This document shows, piece by piece, positions 1 to 8,537 of a stretch of DNA of 64,000 nucleotides. The stretch is from a virus, in the IMG/VR virus record IMGVR_UViG_3300021356_000002; one strand, 5' to 3'. How positions within the stretch are numbered: position 1 is the stretch's first letter; each line of letters starts with the position of its first letter. Under the pieces are notes generated by a model. The model did no database searches and was not told where the DNA came from. It saw nothing but the letters and a program-made list of their open reading frames with translations. The translations under genes were made by a program, and so were the position numbers.

Positions 1-456
1 AATCACAGACAATTGTAGAACATCGTTCACAACAGATAGAGACATCTCAGTGTGACCGAGAACAGATGCCGCTCGCTTCACACGAGTCAACGTCTCGCGA
101 TCCAGAGCAAACGATACTTCACACTCTGGCATCACAATGTCTTTGCTGGGAACAGTAAGCATATCTATATCAGAGTAAAAGTACTTGATACGAGTGCGCC
201 CGCTACCATCACTGATCAAAAAGTTGTTGTCTTCGAACGTCAGGCGAGGCGAGTCAACGAGAGACAACACGCTCAGAAATTCACTCAGATCATAGATGCC
301 GACCTGCTTGGGAAATTCTACATCAACCTCAGCAGAACTAAGAACATTCTTAGCCTCAGAGATCGTCTTGATCACGTTGCCGTTGTTGATGACAACGTTA
401 GGGTTGATCGTTGCATAGTTCTTCAGAACAGTCAACGTCTTTTCAGTTAGTTCCAT
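1..456 (-). CDS. gp45: DNA polymerase sliding clamp (N-terminal part; runs off window start)
   Basis: Not in the ORF track. Manual translation from ATG at 456 gives MELTEKTLTVLKNYATINPNVVINNGNVIKTISEAKNVLSSAEVDVEFPKQVGIYDLSEFLSVLSL..., the typical gp45 N-terminus. It lies downstream of gp46 as in T4-like phages. Confidence 0.93.
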   Translation of the reverse strand, partial: MELTEKTLTVLKNYATINPNVVINNGNVIKTISEAKNVLSSAEVDVEFPKQVGIYDLSEFLSVLSLVDSPRLTFEDNNFLISDGSGRTRIKYFYSDIDMLTVPSKDIVMPECEVSFALDRETLTRVKRAASVLGHTEMSLSVVNDVLQLSVI

Positions 457-493
457 AATATCCTCGCACTTTTATGCACGTTAATTTCAATAG

Positions 494-522
494 ATTATAC
501 ACTTTTCTGCGCTTGAGGTCAA
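494..522 (-). promoter_or_regulatory. sigma70-type promoter for gp45 (TTGACC-17-TATAAT)
   Basis: Plus strand shows attata at 494-499 and ggtcaa at 517-522, a 17-nt spacer, upstream of gp45. Confidence 0.75.
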
Positions 523-2225
523 GCGACTTTACTAAAGTTTTTCGATTTAACGAATTCGATCTTTTCATCAAACTTACCGTCTAGCATTTCTCCTTTGTGT
601 GAAATAACAAATACGCAGGTGTCTTCGTCTAGTGTCTCAAGAATCTTCGACAGATTATCCACACCGTCTGCGTCCAAACTACTATCAAACGTTTCGTCAA
701 GAATCAGTAGATTCGTGGCTACGCTGTTTTTCATCTTAGCGACCATGCGCCATGTAAACAGCAAAGCCAAATCGATTCGCTGTTTCTCACCCTCACTGAA
801 TGAGTCGTAAGAAAAGTCATCACGATAACGTGACCGAATCGATTCTTTGAATGTATCGTCCAGATGAAACGACACAAAGAAGTCCAACACTTGCAGATAC
901 TTGTTGACCAGATTGTTGATCACAGGCAAATACTGTTTGATGATCTTGGTCTTGATGCCAGTATCTTTCAGCAGTTCTGTAATGACGGTATTGTACGCGC
1001 CCTCTTCGGACAGTTGGCGTCTGTCTTTAGTTAGGGCTTGCTCTTCTTTGGTGTAAATCTCTAACTGCGAAAGTGAATCTTCTACAGAGTCAGTCTCGGT
1101 CTCAACTTTATCAACCTCTCGCTGTAACTGCTCGATTCGTTTTTGAGCCTGTGCGATCTGTGTGTTAATCTCAAACTCACGATTCAACTGCTCTTGAATC
1201 TTCGCAATGTTTTCTTCTACACTTCGATGTCGACCTGAGAGTGAGGAGATTTGGGCTGCGGCTTGGTGTCTGGCTTCTTCGAATTCGTCCCACTTTCTAG
1301 CCGCTGTTTCAGTCTTTGCTTGCTTAACCTCTGGCTCGATACCTTGGTCACAGGTGGGACAAGTGGAGTTATTTTCATAAAACTTAATCTCTTTGTTCAG
1401 TGCCTTTTGCTTCGTAGAGAATTGTGTGTCGAACTTCTCGACCTCACGAATCTTACTATTTAGCTCATCCATCTGACTCTTCAGATTCTTCATCTGATCT
1501 TCAGACACGGAGACACGTCCCAGACCAAGAGTTGTGATAGACTCTTGCAGTACAGCAATTTCTTTCAGACGCTCAGTCTTCTGTTCTCGGCTGAGTTTTT
1601 CTAGTTTAGCAACATAGTCACGTTGCGTCTTGATCTTTTCTTCAATCAGTTCTAACGCAACTTTATTAGCTCGCTCTTGCTCTCGCAGAATAGAGATGCG
1701 TTCTTTGAGAATGGTGTTCATCTTAGAGAACACGTTGATGTCAAGCAAGTCTTCGATCACCTCACGGCGATGCTGTGCAGGTAGTTGCATGAACGGAATG
1801 AAAGATGAACTGCCGAGCACCACAATCTGGTGAAATGATTTGTGATTTAGTTTCAGAATGTTCTGCTCAAGAATTTTCTGATACTCTTTGTTGTGGCTGT
1901 CTTGATTGATCAGCACATCGTCTTTCCAGATTTCGAACTTGTTGGGCTTGACGCCACGAACGATCTTATAATTCGACGGACCAATTTTAAACTCGACCTC
2001 GACGACCATTGCTTTGCCGTTGATCGAGTTGACCAGTTGACCCTTGTTGATGTTTCGATGTGCTTTGCCAAAAAGGGCAAACGACAACGCATCAAGCATT
2101 GTCGATTTGCCAGCGCCGTTTTGTCCAACGACTAGAGTAGACCTAGCACGATCTAAAGAAATGTCAGTAAAGTGATCGCCCGTAGACAAAAAGTTACGGT
2201 AACGCAAATTTGTAAATTTAATCAT
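519..2225 (-). CDS. gp46: recombination endonuclease ATPase subunit (Rad50/SbcC-like)
   Basis: Walker A GQNGAGKST, coiled coil with CPTC zinc hook, FSEGEKQRIDLA signature, LLILDETFDSSLD Walker B. Confidence 0.97.
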   Translation of the reverse strand: MIKFTNLRYRNFLSTGDHFTDISLDRARSTLVVGQNGAGKSTMLDALSFALFGKAHRNINKGQLVNSINGKAMVVEVEFKIGPSNYKIVRGVKPNKFEIWKDDVLINQDSHNKEYQKILEQNILKLNHKSFHQIVVLGSSSFIPFMQLPAQHRREVIEDLLDINVFSKMNTILKERISILREQERANKVALELIEEKIKTQRDYVAKLEKLSREQKTERLKEIAVLQESITTLGLGRVSVSEDQMKNLKSQMDELNSKIREVEKFDTQFSTKQKALNKEIKFYENNSTCPTCDQGIEPEVKQAKTETAARKWDEFEEARHQAAAQISSLSGRHRSVEENIAKIQEQLNREFEINTQIAQAQKRIEQLQREVDKVETETDSVEDSLSQLEIYTKEEQALTKDRRQLSEEGAYNTVITELLKDTGIKTKIIKQYLPVINNLVNKYLQVLDFFVSFHLDDTFKESIRSRYRDDFSYDSFSEGEKQRIDLALLFTWRMVAKMKNSVATNLLILDETFDSSLDADGVDNLSKILETLDEDTCVFVISHKGEMLDGKFDEKIEFVKSKNFSKVA

Positions 2226-2231
2226 ATGTGT

Positions 2232-2261
2232 ACTATATCATACCGAAAAGTAGTGTGTCAA
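2232..2261 (-). promoter_or_regulatory. sigma70-type promoter for gp46 (TTGACA-18-TATAGT), probably giving a leaderless mRNA
   Basis: tgtcaa at 2256-2261 and actata at 2232-2237. The -10 box ends 7 nt before the gp46 ATG. Confidence 0.6.
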
Positions 2262-2298
2262 GCATCACCAGACCTCTGGTAATACGGCAGGTGCGTTT

Positions 2299-3372
2299 CT
2301 ATACGATATCTGCTGTCTGTGCTTCTATCATTAACTCATGGACAAGTTTTTTGATGTGATTCTTGTCTAGAGGCGTTTCAACGGCATCGATGTAACTACT
2401 CAGTAGTTGCTCAGTCGATTCAACAGATACTCGATCATCTTCAACAGAAGAGCCAACGAACTCTTCGAAGTTCTCTGCGATCTTCAGTTCATGGATACGC
2501 TTCGATTGAATACGATCAAGCCAGTGTTCAAACAGTTTTGGATTAGACTTGTTAGCCACAACCACTTTGACAAACTTGTCGGTAATGTCAGGCAGTTTGC
2601 CCGTACGATACTTGTACTCAGCCTTCTCTACTGTATCATCGTAGTACAGCCGATGAAAGAGTGTGACGGTGTTTTGTACAGGTGTCAGTTCACGAGTCTT
2701 GGTGTCGAAGATGTGAAAGTACTTCGGATCGTGTGCGTCAGACCAAAAGAACTCCATCTGTGAGCCAAGATAGTGGATGTTGCCGTGATTCGATTTCGTA
2801 TGAAAGTGACCAGTGAGTACTGTGTCAAATCTTTTGAAATCATCTGCACTCATACCATGCGTACATGGAATGCCTGCTTGCATCTCAAAGCCTTCTAACT
2901 CTAAGTGAGCGCCGACGATAGACGCTTTGCACGTCTTCAGAAACTTTTCGGTCTCTGCCTCGTTCTCATCATTGATCCATGGCACGAGTGCAACGGGCGT
3001 ACCATCATACTCAACGACAGTTGGCTTTTCGATAATACGAACTTCAGCCATGTAATGACCGAGTAGTTCTTTCAGCGAACTCAGATCGTTCGTGTTCTTA
3101 TAGAATACGTCATGGTTACCAGGAATGATGTCCATGTGTATCTTATGTTCACGCAACTTCTCAAGGAAGATTTTACGATTGTGTTCAAGGGCTTTGAAGT
3201 TAATAAACTTTCGATTATCGTAGTAGTCACCAAGGTGTAGAATCTTGGTGATGTTGTTCTCTAGCAGATAAGGAAAGAATACTTCAGAATAGAATTTCTC
3301 TTGATACTTCATCATGATATCCGATGAATTGCGGATGCCACAATGCGTATCGTTCAGCAATGCTATTTTCAT
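2299..3372 (-). CDS. gp47: recombination endonuclease nuclease subunit (Mre11/SbcD-like)
   Basis: Metallophosphoesterase motifs DTHCG, LGDYYD, GNHD and GHFH; adjacent to gp46. Confidence 0.97.
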   Translation of the reverse strand: MKIALLNDTHCGIRNSSDIMMKYQEKFYSEVFFPYLLENNITKILHLGDYYDNRKFINFKALEHNRKIFLEKLREHKIHMDIIPGNHDVFYKNTNDLSSLKELLGHYMAEVRIIEKPTVVEYDGTPVALVPWINDENEAETEKFLKTCKASIVGAHLELEGFEMQAGIPCTHGMSADDFKRFDTVLTGHFHTKSNHGNIHYLGSQMEFFWSDAHDPKYFHIFDTKTRELTPVQNTVTLFHRLYYDDTVEKAEYKYRTGKLPDITDKFVKVVVANKSNPKLFEHWLDRIQSKRIHELKIAENFEEFVGSSVEDDRVSVESTEQLLSSYIDAVETPLDKNHIKKLVHELMIEAQTADIV

Positions 3373-3373
3373 A

Positions 3374-3493
3374 TTAGTCCGTAAACTTACCGTCCTCGAT
3401 CAGATGATGCAAACGGTGAGTAAAGATAGTCCATAACAAAGCAAGTAGGCTCGTCTCTGTGTACGTGCCCGACTTACACTCATACTTCCACAT
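3374..3493 (-). CDS. small hypothetical protein (39 aa)
   Basis: Below the ORF-track cutoff: MWKYECKSGTYTETSLLALLWTIFTHRLHHLIEDGKFTD. GGAG upstream; fills the gp55-gp47 gap exactly. Confidence 0.6.
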   Translation of the reverse strand: MWKYECKSGTYTETSLLALLWTIFTHRLHHLIEDGKFTD

Positions 3494-3496
3494 ACA

Positions 3497-3526
3497 AGTA
3501 TACTCCATTTATAACCACTGTGTCAA
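3497..3526 (-). promoter_or_regulatory. possible sigma70-type promoter (TTGACA-18-TATACT) for the gp47 unit
   Basis: tgtcaa at 3521-3526 and agtata at 3497-3502. Confidence 0.45.
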
Positions 3527-4087
3527 GTCTGAATCAGTTTTAGCCTTACGTCTTCGTTTTTCTTTTGAGGCATATTCTTTGAACATTCGGTCGCTTTCTT
3601 TCACTGCGTCAATTCGATAGCGCAATTCTTCAATGAAAGAGAATGTGGTATCATCACTGTGATCCATTTCACCGCTGTGATCTAGAAACTCTTGAATGTC
3701 TGCCTCAGCAATGAACTTGAGTTTAACGTCCTGTTGCTTTTTCTCTTTCTCGATGCGGCGCAGAAATGCGTACCATGCAATCTGCGTGAAGTATGCGAAT
3801 GCGTTGGGCTTGCCTGTTCGCGTAGCAGTTTCAAGATTGTAGTTCTCGATGGCTTTGAGACAGTTTTCTACGGCGTCCATGACCATCTCTTCACGATACG
3901 TGTATCGCACAAAGTTGGCCTTATGAGACAAGCCTTCTGCGATTTTCAGAAAACATTCTGCAACGTAGTGCGGCACGATGGGTTTGGGATTGCCTGCTGA
4001 AACTTCAGCGTTGGCGTGTCTTACGTACTCGACAACAGCCTCAGAAAACTGAGCATTGTTGACGTAGTGTGGTTTGTTTTCTTTCAT
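3509..4087 (-). CDS. gp55: late-transcription sigma factor
   Basis: HYVNNAQF...CFLKIAEGLSHKANF..YTYREEMVMDAVENCL...NAFAYFTQIAWYAFLRRIEKEKKQ. Confidence 0.97.
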   Translation of the reverse strand: MKENKPHYVNNAQFSEAVVEYVRHANAEVSAGNPKPIVPHYVAECFLKIAEGLSHKANFVRYTYREEMVMDAVENCLKAIENYNLETATRTGKPNAFAYFTQIAWYAFLRRIEKEKKQQDVKLKFIAEADIQEFLDHSGEMDHSDDTTFSFIEELRYRIDAVKESDRMFKEYASKEKRRRKAKTDSDLTQWL

Positions 4088-4150
4088 AAATCAGTACTCA
4101 CAGTTTGCATGTTGTTACCATTATAAACTAAAATTAATTATAAAAAAAGC

Positions 4151-4179
4151 TTGACAGATCAAAAAAATCGTGTTAAAAT
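4151..4179 (+). promoter_or_regulatory. near-consensus sigma70 promoter on the plus strand (TTGACA-17-TAAAAT, extended -10 TGn), antisense to neighbouring genes
   Basis: ttgaca at 4151-4156, tg at 4171-4172, taaaat at 4174-4179, with an A-tract (UP-like) upstream. Confidence 0.6.
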
Positions 4180-4209
4180 CTATTTCCCAGCGCAGGGCGA
4201 CAGAATATA

Positions 4210-4656
4210 CTAATGCAGTATGTCATTGCGCTTAGGAAATGGTAGCACGTTTGATAAGATTCCAGTAGAATCATTTTCAATCATTTTTACCATGGCGTTC
4301 TGCAATCTTTCAAAGGCTTCAAGTTCTTGCTGTTTTGCCGCTAAATCTCTTTGCTTTCTGTGCTTATGCATTTCACCCACAGCATACTTATACTCTTCTT
4401 GAAGATGTACACTTGGACGATTTGTACTCACAACATGAAGAGTATTTACTAAAATATATTCATCGTTCGCTTCTAAGTAATGCGCCCATGGTCGAAACAT
4501 GTAAACTCTATCGCCGTCTTGATCTTCACCCATAATGATCGACATCGCATTTCTAACAATGATATCTTCAGATTTATTCTGTGGCCACTCCATCACTTCA
4601 CACACAACTTCTTGTCCGTTACTAAACTTAAACTGCGCTAGGTTTTCGAATTGCAT
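4210..4656 (-). CDS. conserved hypothetical protein between uvsW and gp55 (small beta/Sm-like fold possible)
   Basis: QFKFSNGQEVVCEV...FRPW pattern. Position matches marine T4-like phages. Start taken at ATG 4656 after an AGGTG SD-like site. Confidence 0.7.
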   Translation of the reverse strand: MQFENLAQFKFSNGQEVVCEVMEWPQNKSEDIIVRNAMSIIMGEDQDGDRVYMFRPWAHYLEANDEYILVNTLHVVSTNRPSVHLQEEYKYAVGEMHKHRKQRDLAAKQQELEAFERLQNAMVKMIENDSTGILSNVLPFPKRNDILH

Positions 4657-4657
4657 G

Positions 4658-6139
4658 TTATACACCTATTTGTGTTATCTTGTAAGGAAATTTTTCGTTA
4701 TTGTAAATTTTAATTCTCTCAGCACTATGTAGCAGTGTGAAATTCTTTCGTGACTTCCAGTGTAAGTCATCGGCAATGTCAAACAAATGTGTGTCTGTGC
4801 CGTCATCAGATTTTCTTAATCCTCTTCCGATTGATTGTAAGACGCGGATCTGGCTTTTTGAAGGAGACGCAAATATAATGTTATGAATATTTTTGATGTT
4901 AATGCCAGTGGAGAAAGTACCCAGACTAGCGAGTATAATAGAATTCTTTTGCTTCTCCACAATATTCCTGATCTGTTCTCTGTCGCTGGTTTTGGTTTCG
5001 CCAGAAACGTAAAAGAGTCTTTGTCCATCTTTTAACTTTGTTTCGATCAAATCCCGCAACACCTTGCCATGACGATCCACCAAGTTAAATAAAACCAACG
5101 TATTTCCGTTCCGATCGACCGCAAGGTTTGAAATGAATTTGTTTCGTCGCTCGTTTGAGACGATGAAGTCAATTTCTTCTTGATAGGTCTTGCCCTCCAT
5201 TTCTTTACACTGTTCTTTAGAATACTGAAGCAATAGTATATCTATATCAAGTTTAGCCAGTGTGTCTTTCTGCTGAAGTTCATGCGTTGTAGTCACACGA
5301 TGAACAGGACCAAATAAACCCTCAAGCACCAATTTGTGCACTTGTGTGCCGTCAAGTGTGCCCGTTGTGCCGAATCGATACTCAGCGTTTACAGCCTTAT
5401 TCATAATCGATGAGAGCGATTTCGATTTGAATCCGTGCACTTCATCACCAAAGATACAGCCAAATTCATGGAACCACACAGGGTGCAGTTTATAGATGGA
5501 CTGCCACGTTGTTATGACTATATCTTTGTCTGTCTCTTTGTCTTTGCCACTGTAGATTCTATGGCAATTATTGTCAACATCAAACCCATAATCTTTGAAG
5601 TCTGAGTACATCTGCTCTACAAGAGATGTTGTAGGAACAATCAGCAGAATCTTTTTACCCGCCTGTCGATTCTCTAAGTACCATCGCATCAACATGTAAA
5701 TGATAAAAGACTTACCAGAGCCAGTAGGTGACAACAGAATCGCTCGACGATACTTGATTGCATGTGTGAGTGCTTCGTACTGATAGTCACGTGGCTTGTA
5801 AGGCATATCGAGCGAGTCAAGCCACTCAATTGTTTTGAGGTGATTTACTTTGTTGGTCGCGTATGGATAGCCGTATGGACCTTCTTCGACCTTAATACCA
5901 TAGCCGCGCTCCATCGCAAACTTTTTGATTGCCCAGTACAAGCCCGCATTGATTTGCCCAGTAGTTCGATCAAGCATACGAATCTTGCCGTCCCAAACTC
6001 TGCGCTTGACAGCAGGCATGAACTTAGCGCCGGGCACTTCGAATGTGAAATGCTCGGACAGTTCAGTGACTATGTGTGGCGAACACTCCGTCAATTGAAG
6101 CATCGCATAGTCTTTCATTCGTAACTTAATTACTTCCAC
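4658..6139 (-). CDS. uvsW: RNA-DNA/DNA-DNA helicase UvsW
   Basis: WDGKIR, PRDYQ, SPTGSGKS, DEVH, GTTGT, QSIGRGLR superfamily 2 helicase motifs. Confidence 0.97.
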   Translation of the reverse strand: MEVIKLRMKDYAMLQLTECSPHIVTELSEHFTFEVPGAKFMPAVKRRVWDGKIRMLDRTTGQINAGLYWAIKKFAMERGYGIKVEEGPYGYPYATNKVNHLKTIEWLDSLDMPYKPRDYQYEALTHAIKYRRAILLSPTGSGKSFIIYMLMRWYLENRQAGKKILLIVPTTSLVEQMYSDFKDYGFDVDNNCHRIYSGKDKETDKDIVITTWQSIYKLHPVWFHEFGCIFGDEVHGFKSKSLSSIMNKAVNAEYRFGTTGTLDGTQVHKLVLEGLFGPVHRVTTTHELQQKDTLAKLDIDILLLQYSKEQCKEMEGKTYQEEIDFIVSNERRNKFISNLAVDRNGNTLVLFNLVDRHGKVLRDLIETKLKDGQRLFYVSGETKTSDREQIRNIVEKQKNSIILASLGTFSTGINIKNIHNIIFASPSKSQIRVLQSIGRGLRKSDDGTDTHLFDIADDLHWKSRKNFTLLHSAERIKIYNNEKFPYKITQIGV

Positions 6140-6405
6140 AGGTGCGGATTTTTCTCTGCGTCACGGAATGTTATTGCAGTGATGAAGAACGCACCAAGTA
6201 GCACAAGATGCCCGGCAACACTGTAGATGCCGTAATAAATTGTCCAGCCTGCCCAGAATGTAAACGCCACTGTCCACATCACAGACAGATAGAACATGAG
6301 AATGAACTGAGTCAACTCGTTCGGTATGTGTCTCAGTGGATTTATTTTCAAATTAAAAAAGAACTCGTACAAGTCTCTTACCGCATAACCAATCTTACTG
6401 ATCAT
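6130..6405 (-). CDS. hypothetical membrane protein (2 TM)
   Basis: Two hydrophobic stretches; overlaps the uvsW start. Confidence 0.7.
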   Translation of the reverse strand: MISKIGYAVRDLYEFFFNLKINPLRHIPNELTQFILMFYLSVMWTVAFTFWAGWTIYYGIYSVAGHLVLLGAFFITAITFRDAEKNPHLWK

Positions 6406-6538
6406 TTTTCCATCCTTGCTTTCGCCATCGATCCAATGTTTCTTGGTGGATCTCGTTCTGTGAATAATACATTGTTATGCCACCGAATACCATCGGGCAC
6501 ATAAACACTGCAAGTAGTCCTAGTAGTCCTACGTCCAT
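6395..6538 (-). CDS. small hypothetical membrane protein (47 aa)
   Basis: Manual translation MDVGLLGLLAVFMCPMVFGGITMYYSQNEIHQETLDRWRKQGWKNDQ. TAATG overlap with the uvsY stop. Confidence 0.6.
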   Translation of the reverse strand: MDVGLLGLLAVFMCPMVFGGITMYYSQNEIHQETLDRWRKQGWKNDQ

Positions 6539-6981
6539 TAGAATCCTGCCTCAAACTTTTTCCAGTCAATCATATTTTTGATGGTTGAGTGGCGCCACTT
6601 GACATGATCTAATATTTCTTTGAGAGTATCCACTACCTCTTTTATATATGCTATCTTTCCCTCGCTGGCTATGATCTCTGGATCACTGTTGTAGTAGTAA
6701 TCCATCTCGCCTTTGAGAATTTTTAGACCGTCAAACGGATCAGGATTCCAGCCCTTTTCGATAACAGTCTCTACTGGCATTTTACCGTTGTAATAAAGCC
6801 ACTTGTCTTTCAGCAAAATCTTCTGTTTAAACTCAGCGTCTTTGAGTTTCAATTTTGCGTTAGAATATAACTCAAGATACTTCGCATGAAGTCTTGGCGT
6901 TTCTTGCGAAGAGACATCAAGTTTGTTATACTCTAGTTGTGAATCTTGCTTCCACTCTTGTAGAATCGATTCTAAATTCAT
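6538..6981 (-). CDS. uvsY: recombination mediator UvsY
   Basis: WKQDS..., LHAKYL, KWLYYNGK, IKNMIDWKKFEAG; position upstream of uvsW. Confidence 0.93.
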   Translation of the reverse strand: MNLESILQEWKQDSQLEYNKLDVSSQETPRLHAKYLELYSNAKLKLKDAEFKQKILLKDKWLYYNGKMPVETVIEKGWNPDPFDGLKILKGEMDYYYNSDPEIIASEGKIAYIKEVVDTLKEILDHVKWRHSTIKNMIDWKKFEAGF

Positions 6982-7018
6982 AATATACACCTACTGTATG
7001 ATAAGATACACGAAGTGT

Positions 7019-7047
7019 ATTATATCACACTAGCTCAAAATAATCAA
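7019..7047 (-). promoter_or_regulatory. sigma70-type promoter for uvsY-uvsW (TTGATT-17-TATAAT, extended -10)
   Basis: aatcaa at 7042-7047 and attata at 7019-7024; TGA immediately before the -10 box. Confidence 0.7.
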
Positions 7048-7534
7048 ATCGGAAAGATGCAGGAAATGTGATATATTGTCCGTCTTGGGTTGCGGCAAAC
7101 GTCACATCTCCTAGACTAGTCGGCAATGCGTTTGTGTACCGAATTGTTCTTGAAATATTGTTATGGCTTGTCAGCACTGAGATTCGAATGTCGCAGTACG
7201 AGGCTTGAGCGTCTGCGTCGGTCGTGCGCATTCTACCAGTATTTGCTTTGTGTTCTTCTTCAACCAGTCGCTTCATCCAGTCGTAGATTTCTTGATAAAC
7301 GTTCATGTTCTCGTCCATCAGAATGTCCATAGACACAGTGCCGAATGACAGCGTATCACCTGGCGTGACAATATTGCCCACTCTTCGATAAGGCACCTCA
7401 GTCGCATTCATGTCCATAGAAGGGTGTTGCACCTGCTGTGCAAAAAACTGAATGTTTGGATAGTTCTTTCGATCAAGCGCGACTTTAAAGCCTGTCGGCG
7501 CAAGATACGTAGGATCACATGTGAAGTCAGCCAT
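7025..7534 (-). CDS. gp3: tail tube terminator / tail completion protein
   Basis: YLAPTGFK, FFAQQVQHP, PGDTLSFG, DENMNVYQEIYDW, PTSLGDVTF; between gp23 and uvsY as in marine T4-like phages. Confidence 0.88.
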   Translation of the reverse strand: MADFTCDPTYLAPTGFKVALDRKNYPNIQFFAQQVQHPSMDMNATEVPYRRVGNIVTPGDTLSFGTVSMDILMDENMNVYQEIYDWMKRLVEEEHKANTGRMRTTDADAQASYCDIRISVLTSHNNISRTIRYTNALPTSLGDVTFAATQDGQYITFPASFRFDYFELV

Positions 7535-7564
7535 CGGTATTCCCAAGTAGTTTATAAGCCTTAC

Positions 7565-7578
7565 TATTTATATAAATA
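7565..7578. promoter_or_regulatory. back-to-back overlapping T4 late promoters (palindrome TATTTATATAAATA)
   Basis: TATAAATA on minus (7565-7572, towards gp3) and on plus (7571-7578, towards ORF 7651). Confidence 0.8.
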
Positions 7579-7650
7579 ATATCGACCGCACAAGGATAAA
7601 GCGTGAGTGATATGGCAGCTAGGAACGCCGGGGTCAAATGAGGAACTATT

Positions 7651-8034
7651 ATGTTCAAATACTTGTTCGCGTTAATCGCACTAACGCCGCTCACCGTGCT
7701 TAGTGCTACAGTTATTAACTACGATGATGGTTCAACATACACTCTTGAAGATAATCAAGAGATTTATATCAGCACGCCGAACAGTGCTTTGTTTAAGCGT
7801 TCTATTATGAAAAACAAAGACACTTTTTTTCGTGTTCAAGAGCCTTGGACAAAACGTGACTATGTACCAGATCCGGACGGAACTGATACTATGGTCGTAG
7901 GCTCTCATGAGTGGTGCAAAGCTTATGTACCGTGGCATGAAGGTCTAACTTTTGATATGATTGCATGGCAACGTTTCTGTGACACCGATAATGATGGTGA
8001 CTATGACGAAGACGATGATCGTTGGGATGAATAA
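7651..8034 (+). CDS. secreted hypothetical protein (signal peptide, Cys pair, DxDxDG acidic tail); paralogue of 8061-8405
   Basis: MFKYLFALIALTPLTVLSA signal peptide, GAGG SD, own late promoter and terminator. The only convincing plus-strand gene. Confidence 0.85.
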   Translation: MFKYLFALIALTPLTVLSATVINYDDGSTYTLEDNQEIYISTPNSALFKRSIMKNKDTFFRVQEPWTKRDYVPDPDGTDTMVVGSHEWCKAYVPWHEGLTFDMIAWQRFCDTDNDGDYDEDDDRWDE

Positions 8035-8036
8035 GT

Positions 8037-8059
8037 AAAGGGGCGAAAGCCCCTTTTTT
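8037..8059. terminator. intrinsic terminator between convergent genes
   Basis: AAAGGGGC-GAAA-GCCCCTTT followed by a T run; A run on the other side. Confidence 0.85.
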
Positions 8060-8060
8060 A

Positions 8061-8405
8061 TTATCCAGAGCAAGTCCCACCGAAGCCAAGTTCATCACAT
8101 GGCTGTGTTTCTTCTTCAGGTTCTTCTTTTGGAGGACAAGAAACATGACCAAAGCCTAAGCCCGTTTCGCACTGATCAATTTCAGTTTGAGTAGGTCCAG
8201 TGTAATCTCTTTTTGACCATGGTTTCAATCGTTTGATTGATAGCCAGTTGTTGAGACCACCTGTGGCTTTGAACACTCCTTTATTAGAAATGTAAACTTC
8301 TTGCCCGGTTTCTAGTGTGTAGGTTGATCCGTCATCATAATAGATCACAGTATCAGCCGCAACATTTATGGATGCAAACATAGCAAATGCTAAAACATAT
8401 TTCAT
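8061..8405 (-). CDS. secreted hypothetical protein; paralogue of 7651-8034
   Basis: Start at MKYVLAFAMFASINVAA (signal peptide, AGGAG SD). Shares TVI.YDDGSTYTLE..QE.YIS and PW.KRDY with ORF 7651. Confidence 0.85.
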   Translation of the reverse strand: MKYVLAFAMFASINVAADTVIYYDDGSTYTLETGQEVYISNKGVFKATGGLNNWLSIKRLKPWSKRDYTGPTQTEIDQCETGLGFGHVSCPPKEEPEEETQPCDELGFGGTCSG

Positions 8406-8465
8406 GCGTTCATCTCCTATTGAGTTAGCCTCTCCATGAGATGATGTCACCATCCGTGGCATTCG

Positions 8466-8473
8466 TATTTATG
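8466..8473 (-). promoter_or_regulatory. late promoter variant CATAAATA for ORF 8405
   Basis: tatttatg directly downstream of the gp23 terminator. Confidence 0.6.
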
Positions 8474-8476
8474 CAT

Positions 8477-8503
8477 AAAAAAAAGGGAGCCTTGCGGCTC
8501 CCC
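8477..8503 (-). terminator. intrinsic terminator after gp23
   Basis: Minus strand GGGAGCC-GCAA-GGCTCCC-TTTTTTTT. Confidence 0.9.
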
Positions 8504-8537
8504 AAAAATGATCTCTTGAGAGATTCTTTTTATTGTA

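Noticed and set aside
52-450. Plus-strand 132-aa ORF and the many other plus-strand or nested ORFs in the track (for example 8862-9482, 28326-28892, 58020-58622)
   Set aside because: They are antisense shadows of well-supported minus-strand genes, with no SD, promoter or recognisable motifs.
7584-7636. Riboswitch-like leader (GACC...GGTC; faint c-di-GMP-I/glnA resemblance), and small hairpins in the 8410-8460 leader
   Set aside because: Too short and missing the conserved cores by eye. An Rfam/Infernal search would be needed.
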